Source of the DNA: Paraspadella gotoi
Lineage: Eukaryota > Animalia > Chaetognatha
Length of the DNA stretch: 64,000 nt
Direction of reading: 5' to 3'
Assembly: GCA_051294375.1 (NCBI GenBank)
Contig: CM119265.1
Span: 7,264,629-7,328,628, forward strand
Of this stretch, positions 25,409 through 46,715 are shown piece after piece. Position 1 is the first letter of the stretch; every line of letters begins with the position of its first letter. A model generated the notes under the pieces. It had not been told where the DNA came from and searched no databases. It saw nothing but the letters and a program-made list of their open reading frames with translations. Both the position numbers and the translations under genes were made by a program.

Positions 25409-27182
25409 GGTCCAGGAGACGAGGTTATGCTGCGAAGATCATAAATTTCAAATTTCACTTGACTGCTAAGACCTAGGTACATCGGCACGTTTCCTCGTCC
25501 CAGAGTAGCGATGCCATTCAGCAGTCAAGCAGAATGCTAAGCTTATGATCATTTGTTTTTTTAAGAATCTCGGGTTTTAAAAATTCCAGGAACCATATGG
25601 CGCCATGGATTGTATGGCAAAGTATCGACCACAGCAAAAGTGGGCAATGAAAAACTAGCTTCAGCTGGTAAAATACTTTATTTCTATTTTTGACAGGATT
25701 AGTGTAAACGTTCGATGTGGCACGATTCATTGTTACCTAATATTCGATAATCGGGTATTACGATCGTTTGTCCGATATTTAATGTAATAATTGCGACAGC
25801 CAAAAAATAAAATAGAGAAAAAAAATTTATCAACATTTCTTATTTAGTATAGTGTGGTTTTAAAATGGTTTAATCATCTGCCTTCAGAATTTTTAACCTG
25901 ATCTTCAACTGAAAATAAGTGTCAGCTAAGTAACTCCTACGTTTTGCCTTCCTTTCCTACTGAATTGAATACTACCGGAAAAAAACTAAATATTTTCGAC
26001 GTATAAATACACTTGATTTCTGTGTAAAAAGATCAACAACCATTGTTTGTAAAGGACAGCCAATAAAGATTCTAAAATAATAAGTTTCCAGTAGTTTTAT
26101 GGATTTTACACGTTCTTCCGTATTTATAATATAAGTTATCCACAGAAAAGGACAACAGATGAATTCACCCATGCATTACTGAATTACCTTAGAATCTAAA
26201 TTGGTACAGAAAGGTCGCTTTTACCACAACACGGTCCTTTTAAATCAAACACTTATGTATATATATAAAGCCCTTTCATTATAAGTGAAAATAAAATTTA
26301 AAGCCGACAAGTTTTAGTTTATCAATGAATAAAGGCGTTCAAACGTCGACGGAGAAAAAAAAATTGGGAAAACAAAATTCATAACCCATTACGAGCATTC
26401 CAAGAACAATCTTTAAAAAGAAATATGAAACGATGCTTAAAATTAAAAACCATCGAGCCCCAAATATAATAAAGCTAAACCTAAGATCGAGTGTATAATG
26501 ACTATGTAATATAACATGAGAACAGTTTTCTTTTTTCATATATAAAAAGTACTCCACATCTTCCTCTTGATCGGAAAAGTTTGAACGAGTTCTAAATTAT
26601 GGGGTATACTTTGTCTTTTTAAGCGTTGTTTTACTGAGGCTTCACATTTACATCTACAAACAATGTATATTTTTCTAAATTGCAATAATTTCGAAGATAA
26701 ATACAAGCGAATTAGCATGTAGCATTTTCTAAAATTTATGCTGAATTATAACCGGATTTCGGACTTCGAAACTATTCTCTAAAATTCTAAAACCTTTTTT
26801 AAGTCAGTTATGACACCATAAGAGGGCACATTTTTAATCCTACCTTAAAAGTTCAAATCAAGAAAACCAAAATGTGAGCAACGTAAGGGAGATTAAAAGA
26901 TCTTTAAAAAGCCGTCGTTCGGGGCATCCTCACCAGCCCGCCGAATCCTTTTATGTTGTTTATCAAACGCTGAGAAATAACACAAACGCAAAGACAGCAT
27001 CCCTTATTGAAACGCTGATAGTCTCGGATCTTGTTTAACCACGACGGGAACGGGGGACAGCGATGAAAGAGCCTTTCGTGCGGGAAGAGTGGAAGAAAAA
27101 AATCGCCAAAGCGTCGAGTGGTCTGTTAAAAATCCCTCCATTGTTGCTAGTGAGGCAAACCGCGATCACAGAACACAGAGCG

Positions 27183-35989
<8,807 letters not shown>

Positions 35990-36649
35990 GGTAATTACTG
36001 GGATATTTGTAGGATTGAAAATTCGATTAGTTAAACAACAGTAGTAAATCCCGTCATATCACGTTTTCATCCATTTCGAAGGTGTGTGCGTGAGACGTTA
36101 AATTAAAACGCTGCAAAATAAAACAAACAATGAGACTCAATACTGAAACAATACTAAAAAGGAAAAAAAAAGTTTAATGGCGTGAGAAACCATAACTGAT
36201 AATATTCCGCAGAATTTCATTATTAAACTTTAAAGATTTCGTGACCATAATATATTTTTTCCCAAAATAATACTTCCTTTTAACTTAAAATATACACACG
36301 TACCGACGATAAACAAAATAGAAAAATATGAAACCCACAAAGCCAAAATGTGAGATCAATACTTTCACATCCACATGAAAGAACATGAAAGAAAAGGTTA
36401 TGGTCGTCTGGACTTTAAATTTAAATCTAATGAAAATAAGAAAATTCACAATTATTTTAAAGTACTTCAAAGTCACATTTTGTCACATTATTTGTCAAAA
36501 ATAACGAAAAATTATCCAATTAGTATAAATTGAAGAGACGAAAAGGAGAGCGTCAAGAGCGACAGTCCTCACCACGTCTTACGGGTCCCTCGAGCGATGA
36601 CAGAGGTCACAGAACATAATTTAACAGCAGTCGTAATCGCGTCGTCATT

Positions 36650-37215
36650 GGCGTATAAAGTCACGTGACCCGAATATAAGCGCTGAATCATCCAATTGCG
36701 GCGGCAACAGTAACGCGAGATGACGAGTTAGTTGTTCAATTGAAAAGCTTGAGGTTCCAATCACGAGTCAGATTTAATTTATTTCGTCCAATGAAATTCA
36801 CGAATTAAAAAAAAAAATTACCCAAAAGACGCGGTCGAGCCGCGGCGCCGACTGCGACTTCTCCGCTGCGTCCTCGCCTCCGCCGCTGCCGCCGCCGTCT
36901 TTTTTTTCTTCTCAGTTTAAGACTAAGTACTTGGGTTTCTGTTCTCCGCGAAATCCGTGGCGCCTCTTTGTGTATTTTGCAACAAGAGTCGTCGCTCCTC
37001 AAAATGGTGACGTCGAAAAGGAAAAGATCACGTGAACCCAATTGACGAATCAACGAAGTTCGAGGCTCTCCGCGTGAACGCCTTCGACCAATCCCACCGA
37101 TTCTACCGAGCAGACATTACTGTCACGTGATTTGGGTTATCATGTGACCCGATTTTTACCAATTGCGATGGACTTGACTCGGGAAGTTGTTAGTCTCTTC
37201 TTCAAACACATGACT
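36650..37215. promoter_or_regulatory. Putative bidirectional promoter PKN/TMEM168 with E-boxes and CCAAT boxes
   Basis: Head-to-head genes. GTCACGTGAC 36660-36669, TCACGTGA 37028-37035, GTCACGTGA 37122-37130, TCATGTGAC 37140-37148. About six CCAAT motifs in the interval. Confidence 0.6.
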
Positions 37216-37844
37216 AAAATGCACTAATCATGGGTGCGATTTATGTAAGCCGACAGTCCGCCCGCTCTACTCGTGATCGGATCCCGCCAAAGGCTACCTT
37301 TAAAGTCTGTTCTGCAATTGAGTATTAAACGATATGACGTCTATTCCATAAGCGGTTATGTTATCCGCTGTTTTTCAAACCTGTTGTTTCATTTTTCTGC
37401 ATTAGCTTAACCTATATCTTGACTCCCTCATTCTAAATTCCGGCAGTTGTAATTAAATTTAACGACTTCAATCTTTGTTTTCTTTTTTTTCTAGAAAAAA
37501 GAACTTAATCGTTAATAAATGAAAATCTTCAATGCTCTCGGTGCCGGATCCAATTTGTCCGATGTGTAGCCGGATTATCGTTGAATGCGCCGGTGGTATC
37601 AATAATCGGTCCGGTCCATCTTTCGCAGGCGCCACGAAATATCTACCACATGATTAGGATTAAATTTAATTGTTCGGACTGTTTTTTAGTGAAAGTATGC
37701 TGGTTTAAAATCGTAATTGTAGCGCATTTCGTTAAAGCCACCGATTTTTTTATAATTGTGGTCATTATTAGTCATTTTTATTGAGGTAAAATTTTCGGGT
37801 AGTTCAGCAACAGCTGACGTAACCCTTTTAATCATGAAAACACG

Positions 37845-40670
37845 ATGAAGAAGCACTTGTACAAAACGGCACGCAGGATCCTTCCTGGTTCCAGAGACTT
37901 CTCGTGTGATATCGAGTCTAAGATCAAAACAATGTTAACTAATCTCCCGATTCACTTACCTGGCAAACCTGATGAAGGAATATGGTGCGTAAAGCTTTTC
38001 CAATACATTTACCCCTTTATCTTCGAGAATTGTATTCCTTTACATTTTCCCAAAGGTATTGTATCAGCCATTACCTTGGTGTGGCCTCCTACGCGATGCT
38101 GCTGGTCGGCCTCGTACTCGGCCTATACAATCGCTGGCTGGTCTCTCAAGATTCGTCGTTGATCATCATTGGCGCCGTCGCCTTCGTCGTATTCAGTCTC
38201 AACGTCGTGCTCTGCTACTACTTTTCTTTCCTCCAACTCGCGGCCTCGCTCTCCCACGTCTGGTTCGGCGGTCTTCTCGGCCTCGTCGCCTTTACCGAGT
38301 GGCGAACCGGTTCCGGCGATTCTTCCGTCGGTCTCCCGCAGGACTTCACCATGAACATTTTACTCATGATCAGCCTTTTGCTGCAAAGCAATTGGATTTT
38401 TTTCGCGCGTATCACTCGAAGGTCTGAGGCGGCGCCGGTCTTCTTGAATGCTGCCGAGGCACAGGAGCTGTTGGGAATGGCCGTTTCCGGATTGGTTACC
38501 GACGATCATAAGGGTCTAGTGAGTTTTAGTGTTTACATTTTGTGATACTAAATTTAGAAACGGACAGAAAAGACTCCGGCCATCCATCTTTTGATTACAG
38601 ATTCTTTTACTCGCTGCCGCTTTTGCTCTTTCCATTGGACTTTTTCGGGTCAAAACATCTTTGGGATTCGTAAATCTGCTGCTTCTGATTCCCTTCACCG
38701 TTTTTTTTATTTTCCCGTCTCTTCGGGTTCACGTCAATTATTACGCCTTGAGCTGTTTCTGCGGACGTCATTTAATCGAACCCTTTATCGACGTTTATTT
38801 CAACGGTCTCTCCAACATTGAGCGTTGGAAATGGTTTCTACATCGTCGCGACATCATTCGCAAGCTCCTCATCCTGGGCATTACTGTCGCGCAATTCGCT
38901 TTTTGCGTCTACCTCGGGCTCAATGTGCCGCGACACAACGAATGGATCATCATGACGCCGTTGTATGGAGCTTTCGCATTTGTCTGGGGCTCCTACCATA
39001 TCATTGTTTTCATTTCCATGTGGTGCCTAATGAACAAATTGACGGAGTGCCTTATCGCTTTCAAAACTATTAAAGATTGCTCTACTGTCTCTTCAACGAC
39101 CACCTCCATTTCATTAAGCCGTATATTGGCCGCAAAAGGCGTTCGTCACATGTGCCTCATTGCTCGACGTTTGGCTTTCGTCTCTCTCTTTATGACGTGC
39201 ATCTTGACTTTAGTTGGATGGCGCGTCAAGACTGGGTGAGAAATTTAATTATTTACTTATCTATATTCTATTGAACTTTTTGATGTTACGGTTCAGTTAA
39301 GGACTGAAAATAGCTTGTTTGTAGGAATATTTTTGGGGTTGCTTTAAATGTTAACACCTAAATTTTAATCATTAAAAAGGACTAACCGTAAAAAAAATTT
39401 GGAATAACGCCAGGCTTACCATGGCGTGGGCTTTGAACGCATTTCCGTTGGATTGTCTCGTGCTCGCTCTTCTTCTCGATCTTTCGGCGTCTCTGGGCGG
39501 AACGTGCGCGGGATTCGCACTCGTCGTTCCCGCTTCGCCGATTCGACCGACGCCGAACGCCGCCCAAGACTCTCTTCTCTTTCCCTCAATCTTGCCACCT
39601 CAAACCATAGAGATAATCAGCGAGAGAGCCACGCGCATTTTGAGCCAAGTACAAAGGTTGGAACTTCTTTTTAATTTGAATCGTGCTCCGTATCACTGTT
39701 TGTAATGTTGAGGATTTATTTTTCTATTCCGTTAATAAGATTCTTCGCCATACATCTCATCGACAATTGCGGGAGTGAATACTCGTCTTCAAGTCTTTCA
39801 GTTGATAATCTCAAATTGAAACTCCAAGGTTTTTTCGCCAAAAGAACCGAGGATGATTTGCCGTTCGGTAGCTATTTGCTATTTTACAGGTAACAATTTC
39901 ACGTTCAAACGTTTTTTGTGTTTATGTTTTTACTTGTACTTGATTATGAACAGTGGTCCTACTCACGCGTCGGGCGATTGGGCTTTGACGGATAGCGGGG
40001 TGATGACGCTTCAGCTTCTAGTCGATTTGTGGCGGGATTCGACGATCGAAAACCACCAGTCACGGCTGATTCTCATAATGGACGCAGGTGAAAAGGAACA
40101 AATACGATAAAATAGTATTGCCTTTTATTTCAACTCAGCGTTTCACGGAATCTTTTAGAACACTCCCACAAGTGGACAAAGGCGATTCGTCGCCTATATC
40201 CAGACTATGTGGCTATCCAGACCTTCTATCCCTGCGGCCTCTCAGCGAGGGACCAAGAGAGCCAGAATAACCACGAGCAGGGAGTCTTCACACAAGGCTT
40301 CATACAATTCAACGTCTCCAAGGAGAATATAGACGGGGATATTTCTAGTTCCGACGAAGTACTCGACTCGACCTCCTGGTTCGCCGATTTGGTTGACCAA
40401 GGGATTCGCCCCACGTATGCATTGTCGCCCCACTGGACGGACTTTACCTTCAAGCAGCCTTCGCCGACGGAATTCGACAGCTTTTCGCAAAGCCACTTTC
40501 CGCGCTTGCTATTGCCGATCATCCGCGCGTCCTCGGCGCCGTTTGTTACGCTGTCGTCGCTGTGCTGCTGCGTGGAGTCCGTTTGGAAGAGCGTCCGGCG
40601 CTGCAAGATGCGGTGGTTCCCCCCGGCAGTTTTTGACCTTGGACACGATTTTAAACTCGTCCGAAGCTAA
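37845..40670 (+). CDS. TMEM168: Transmembrane protein 168, multi-exon (first intron 37985-38055)
   Basis: Hydrophobic segments with LGLYNRW, AAKGVRHMCLI, LGGTCAGFALVVP, YSGPTHASGDWAL and SRLILIMD. The C-terminus RWFPPAVFDLGHDFKLVRS resembles vertebrate TMEM168. In-frame GT-AG joins. Confidence 0.85.
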
Positions 40671-40968
40671 GGCTGAGCAAACTATCATTCCCAAATTAAT
40701 TCCCAACCCTTACGGCGCTGCATGGGTTTAGCATAATTTACTAAACAAATCTAGTCTAAATTTTAGTAAGAAAGATTTCCTTTCGCCGCTGGTATGCTCT
40801 GGTTATCATGGCTGTGGCATGATTTTTGCAGTTATGAATTTCGCAGTCTTAAGTTAGAATAGTTTGTTTTAAATCTTGTTCTATATGTAATTATTGTTTT
40901 GATTTACTCCAGCCAAAAAGATAGTATTTTTTTTTGTCTTTAAAGTTTTTGCTTATTTTACATATAAG

Positions 40969-41682
40969 ATGCTGGAAATAACTATTCTACTCCTCGGGTA
41001 TTCAAAAAAATCCTCCGATGGCAGTTACCAGGCCAACGCATCAGTAACGCTCGTCCTCGATCGGGACGCCGATTTCGCTTTGCTCGTCGACACGGGCAGC
41101 CCGCGCGACAAAGTCCACCTTGAGAACGCTTTCCGCCGCGTGGGCGTCGCTATCGACGATATCGATTGCGTCGTTGCGACACACGGTCACATTGACCACG
41201 TGGGAAATCTTAATCTCTTTCAGGGAAAAACTAGTTTTATTTTAGGCCTCGACAAACTAGTTTCCGAGGACGTTTATGAATCCCTCGAATTTACGGAAAG
41301 AACTCTTTCGCTTCACCGGTCGCGAGATGGCGAAGTCCTGCTGGTGTCGACGCCGGGCCATACCGAATTTGATCTCTCCGTTTTCGTGAGCGAGGCCGAC
41401 GTCCGTTGCCTTGATTGCCGCGCGGGACAGAAAAACCCAGATTGCGTCGTATGTGGGCGAGTGGCGGGAAGGTTTGGGCGGGTTGCAATTGCCGGTGACG
41501 TTTTCGAAGACGAGAATGACGCGGAGAGTGTCGCCTGGAAAGATTCCTCTTGGGATATCGAGAAGCAAACAACCAGTCGAGAATTCCTCTTAAATTTGGC
41601 AGATGTGATTGTACCAGGTCATGGTCGCCCTTTCCCATCGAGAGGCAATGTGAGGACCGAGGTTGATGGAATGATCGAATAA
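40969..41682 (+). CDS. MBLAC1: Metallo-beta-lactamase domain-containing protein 1-like (single exon)
   Basis: ANASVTLV, LVDTG, THGHIDHVGNLNLF (HxHxDH), TPGHT, AIAGDVFE, ADVIVPGHG. Confidence 0.85.
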   Translation: MLEITILLLGYSKKSSDGSYQANASVTLVLDRDADFALLVDTGSPRDKVHLENAFRRVGVAIDDIDCVVATHGHIDHVGNLNLFQGKTSFILGLDKLVSEDVYESLEFTERTLSLHRSRDGEVLLVSTPGHTEFDLSVFVSEADVRCLDCRAGQKNPDCVVCGRVAGRFGRVAIAGDVFEDENDAESVAWKDSSWDIEKQTTSREFLLNLADVIVPGHGRPFPSRGNVRTEVDGMIE

Positions 41683-41968
41683 TTGATGAATTCTCTTGTG
41701 TCAACAAAATTTACTAATAAATACATAGACAAGAGAGCTCAGGAGAGATGGTCATAAGTAGTCATTAATGAACTAACATCTAGTACGTGCTTATTTTAAA
41801 ATTAAAGTGATGTATTGAAAACAAACGGTGCTAACTTAGCTTCGTTTTTTATGAAGAGACGAAATACTAACTGTCGTTAATTGCTTTGCCTAATTTTAAT
41901 AAAGATAAAATATACTGTCAAATTCTATTTCATATTTAGTTTGTGTATTGTAAGTTAGATATAAAAAG

Positions 41969-44046
41969 ATGTCAAAGGAGGTCACGTCAATCACTTCCTC
42001 GCCGACATGGACTCGGCCTTCCGACGTAATGAAGTTGCGCCAATTAAAGCGTCGAATCAGAACTCCTGGAACTGTTTCTGCCTCGCCAACCTCCAAGCCA
42101 GATGTTTCTATCCAGAAAAGGTGGAAAAAGCTTCGTAACTTTTTGTAAATAAATAAATTAATAAATTATCGCTAGAAAAACAATTTAATATTTTATTTTC
42201 AGTCAAGAAGACGAAGATATGACATGCGACGACGAAGATATCCCTTCAAAGCGACGAAAAAAGAACCCATTCTCCGTCTCTCCTCGAAAGCGTTTAAACA
42301 TGGGCAACAGTTCCGCCAAAGATTCTATCCTCGCCGGCCTCGGTGCCAATAAACGAGCGTCAACGACGCCAGATAGGCTCGCCAACCGGCGTTTTGCCAA
42401 AGAGTTGACTTTCCCGCCCTCGACCTCCACCAACGCTTCCTTTCTCGACCTCATTTCTAGCATTTCCGACGATTCCCAGGACACGGAGCTTTTCCAGCGT
42501 GTGGCAGCGCGGCAGGAAAAAGCCGCGACACCGGCTCCTTCGTTACCGGTGGAGACTCTCGGCAATCGAAGCGTAAATCGAGACGCGCCGAGCTCGCAGG
42601 CGGGCGAGTCGGCCAATTCCAGCCTTAATTTCTCATCTTTAAATTTGTCCTCGTCTTCTTTCGTCAACTCAAGGTAATCGACGTTTATCTTCAATTTTGT
42701 CAATTTTTGTTAATTTTTAAAAATTTTACCATTAATAAAAACCCGTCTTTCCTTTCAGTGAAAATCAAGCTGCGGCCTCTAACAACAAAATCCTCACGTC
42801 ATCTTCATTTCCCGCCGATTGGTCTTTAAAAACACGTATCCGGTTTCAGGCGGAGGCTGCTTGGCCGTGGCAGGGAACCATGAAGACTTTGGAAGAGGCG
42901 ACCGGTGTGGCCGAGTTTATTTCGCCTTCATCTTCTTCGTCACAAGCGTGGCAAGCGCAGATCCAGAGCGCCACTCTGACTTGGATGTTTCCCTCTGTTC
43001 CCGGGCTCCAAACGTTTCCCCGCTACTCTTCTAATCTGAAGAACGTGGACGCTAATCCTTTGTTGACTCAACCAAAGTTCGTCGACGCCTTAGCGCAAGA
43101 GTGGGCGTCGAGTTTGACTTCCGCGTTTAACCAGCTTAAAGGCGGCCGTTGCCCTTATTTTTACGTCTGCGCGCATCGGTTCACGGTTTTGGTTCGCGCC
43201 TCTGGCCTCGCAGCTCTTGGCGACATCAACGCCCAGATCAGTCCTACGACCAAGGGGCTTCGTGACGGACTCTCGGCCGAGGGAATCGAGTTTTCCATGC
43301 CCCTCGGTTTCAAGAAACGTCGATCGAACGACTCCGTCCTCGAGCAGAAAATGCCTTCCGCCTCCGGCGAGGCCGAAGTCGAAGAGGAAGAGATCGAAAA
43401 TTCAGCGGCGTCTAATTGGCTCGAATCCATGGGGATCGATAAGACCAAGTTTCCCTCGCTGGCGCCCGCGCGCGTTTCTCTCGCTCAGGACAACTTTCGC
43501 GTTGTCGACGGGCGACCTGAGAGTCTCGTCGTCGTCGAGGGGCTCGTCAACGTTCAGGCCTTTTACAATTTCCTCCTCAACAACAACCACCTCAGCATCG
43601 CCGCCTCTGGGTCCCAGGCCGGCGTCCCACCCACCATCCTCAGCCCCTGCGTCTTTAAGGGCGCGACGTTGAAGTCCTTGCGCGTCAACCACGGCACCAT
43701 GAGGTACAAGTCTAGCAAAGCCAGTCAGATTTTGTACACTCTGGACGTGGTTGGCCCCATTCTGCCACATCAATCGCTCAATCTGTGCGCTATCGCTACC
43801 TCCGCTGCCGCGAAATCTTTCAGCGTCACATGCACGAACCAAGAATCTTCCTTCGCTTTTAATTACGGACGAGATGTTGCGGGCAGATCGGAATCGGAAG
43901 TTAAAACGTTAGCGTCTTCCTCCCTTTTGGGATTAGGGACTGATGGTGTCCATGAAATGGGCCTTAATCGATTTAGGGAGGTCGCTGCCATTCGAGAGAG
44001 CTACTTCGAATCTGATGAAAAGTTATTTACCTCCGTATTGCAATAA
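41969..44046 (+). CDS. DONSON: DONSON (replisome/CMG assembly factor); exons 41969-42120, 42203-42673, 42759-44046
   Basis: WTRPSDVMKL N-terminus, RRKKNPF, PADWSLKTRIRF, CPYFYVCAHRFTVL, ISPTTKGLR, GVPPTILSP..FKGAT, GPILPH. Phase-2 introns are consistent. Confidence 0.92.
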
Positions 44047-44296
44047 GCTAGAAAGAAATTAAGTTTGCTCAATTTTTACTTTCATGGTGCCATTCGTTAT
44101 TTTTTTTTATAATGTTAATTGTTAATTATTACGCACTCTTCCGCTAAAAAAATTATCTAATAGTAACGTTGTTGCCTCGTTACGAATAACGAAAAAATTT
44201 TGAAGAAAATCTTTATCATCTGCTTATTATAATTATTTATTTTTTCTTTTGTAGAGTTTGAAAGAAACACTCCTTTCGGCTTGTGCTCTTACCAAA

Positions 44297-46457
44297 ATGG
44301 CAAAATTGATTCGCGGGGAAACCCTGGGAACGGTCTTTCCCAAAGGTTGTAAAGAGATGACACCCCCAAATCCTGATCACAATATCCGAAGTATTCGAAG
44401 TTTGCATTTCACGTAGACGAGGTCGTTGCTTTCATCGTCCGCTGCATGGAGAGGGCGGGATGCAAATTCTCCCACGCTCGGGCTCTCGCCGACACTTTGG
44501 CCGAAGGAGATTATCGCGGCCATTTCAGCCACGGCCTCAACCGCTTGGAGATGTACGTGCGCGACGTGCAGTCGGGAATCACCGCCGTCGATCAGGAGCC
44601 GCGGCTGGAGAAAGAGACACCCGCTACCGCTTTCGTTGGCGAGTCTTGTGCGATGGCCTTTTTATGGACATGGTGAAAGTCTATTTGTATAGGCTCGAGA
44701 GGAGTTCGGTTTTTTTTATATTTCTTATGGCAAGAACCGAGTGGCCTGTGATACCTAGCTGTTTGGGGCACCTTACTTGTTTTGTTTATGGGCTTCGGAC
44801 TCTCATCGTCCACCTCCCACTGTCGCAGTTACCCTCGTCTTGCTTTGCCCACTTAGCGGGAAGTCGAACATAGAACTTACGATTAGGATATTGGGTTCCC
44901 TCGCTTTAATTTTAATAGTAACGTGCTAAACTTAGAGAATATCGAAGCGATATTAAAATTCTGTCAGGTTTCAGTCTTCTTTGAATCTCATCACGGTTTC
45001 TATTTTTTTCTTAGACGGCTTAAATTGCTTGGGACCTGTGGTCGGCAACTTCTGCATGAAAATCGCTATCGAAAAGGCTAAGTCGGTTGGAATCGCAATG
45101 GTCGTTGCGCGCGGTTCAAATCATTACGGCATCGCCGGGTGGTATGCCGAAATGGCTCTCAAAGAAGGCTTGATTGGAATGTCGGCGACTAACACCTCGC
45201 CATTTCTTGGTAAGTCGTCTGGCCCCTTTCCACGCCTCTCGAAGATTTGCCCGAGGGTAATGATTATGCCCATCGATGCGATCTCTCTAATTCAGTTCCA
45301 ACTCGAGCGCGGAAACCGGCACTGGGCACTAATCCTATCGCTTTTTTCGCCCCCGGCGAGGGAGATGATTCATTCGAATTAGACATGGCTTCTACCGCGG
45401 TTGCTTTGGGGAAAGTAGAGATGGCCGGTCGAAAGCAGGAGAAAATTCCAGAGGGATGGGGACTCGACGAACGCGGGGAGAGCACCGTGGAACCGTCTGA
45501 TGTCGTACTGGGCGGCGGATTGTGCCCGCTGGGTGGTGTGGAATTGACTGGTGGCTATAAAGGTACTTCATCAATAACACTTTTATGTAATATTATTTAC
45601 GTACCTCTAATGATAAGTTGAATGCCAATCCACCGTTAATTCAATATTTTCTTTTTATAAATTTAAAAATTTAACTTACCCCGTCAGCCAAATCCGATGA
45701 TACGAAAGAAACCACTGCCATACTTTACTGAGTTTAGATAGAATCACTCAGATTTTTTAAAATGATAAATAACTTCTTGACGATTTGGCTCACGGGGTAA
45801 GTACATATAGCAGGGTGTATAGCTGTATGAATGGTTACCCTGATTATACATCGGTTAATATAGTTTCAGTGCATAGAATTAACTTGTAACTTACTTAGTA
45901 ATCCACAAATTAATCTGCTATATACAATTTAAGTTATAATATTTATAATTTAAGACCTGATATTAACTTATATAAATGTAAATCCTGATTAAGGTTATGG
46001 TTTGGCCATGATGGTAGAAATCCTTTGCGGCATTCTTGCTGGATCTGCTTTCGGTCCTAATGTGAGGTCCTGGAAGACGACTAGTACGTCTGCCAATTTA
46101 GGACAGTGCTTCATGGCTATCGACCCCAACGCCTTTGCTGGAGGTTTCGAGGAACGTCTAACTACACTTAAAAATCAAATTAAAGGCAGTGAGAAGGTGG
46201 AGAGTGGAGACAGTTTTATGGGATTTTAATTTTTTATTATTTATTTATTATTATTTATTTTTTATTAACGTGAATTTTGACTCAAGGCATCCGATGAAAC
46301 TGAAATACTCGTTGCTGGAGATCCGGAGAAACACCACAAGCGTCTCTGCGATGAGGCAGGCGGCATACGCTACCACCCAAGTCTCGTACACAGCATGGAA
46401 GAATTGGCGAAACAAATGGGCGTACAACCCTTAATGCCTCTCGAGGGAAATAATTAA
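44297..46457 (+). CDS. Ldh_2/MDH2-family (malate/L-lactate/ureidoglycolate dehydrogenase-like) oxidoreductase, 6 coding exons
   Basis: GDYRGHFSHGLNRL, ATAFVDGLNCLGPVVG, GSNHYGIAGWY, TNTSP, LGTNPIAF, LDMASTAVALGKVE, GYKGYGLAMMVEILCG, LVAGDPE. Confidence 0.9.
44727..44866 (-). mobile_element. Diverged inverted copy of repeat family C in Ldh_2 intron 2
   Basis: 'tatggcaa..gcctgtgatacc..gggcttc.gac..cactg.cgc.gttaccct..gtct.gctttgcc..gggaagtcg' matches the reverse complement of 55447-55591. Confidence 0.65.
45674..45802. mobile_element. ~129-nt MITE-like element with ~21-nt terminal inverted repeats
   Basis: acttaccccgtcagccaaatc ... gatttggctcacggggtaagt (1 mismatch), inside an Ldh_2 intron. 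Confidence 0.65.
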
Positions 46458-46715
46458 ACCTAATTTGCCAGTTAAGATTCAAGTTTGTTCTCCGTTAATC
46501 ATGTGATTGATTTGATGCCAACGCAAGTTTTTTTATCCATTAAGAATTGAATGTTAACCATTTTGATGATTTTGTGTTTACATTGATTTTTAAATGCATT
46601 TTTAAATGTACACCGTGCCTTTGATGTAGCCAATCTAGTCAAGAATTTAATTTTTACTCTATTTTTCTTTACTGTTGATTCATTTTTCTTAGCAAAGACA
46701 AATTTCTGCGTTACT

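Noticed and set aside
37982-38055. ORF-track start of TMEM168 at 37982
   Set aside because: 37985-38055 is a pyrimidine-rich GT-AG intron that links the 37845 ORF in frame, so the 37845 ORF is exon 1 rather than a uORF.
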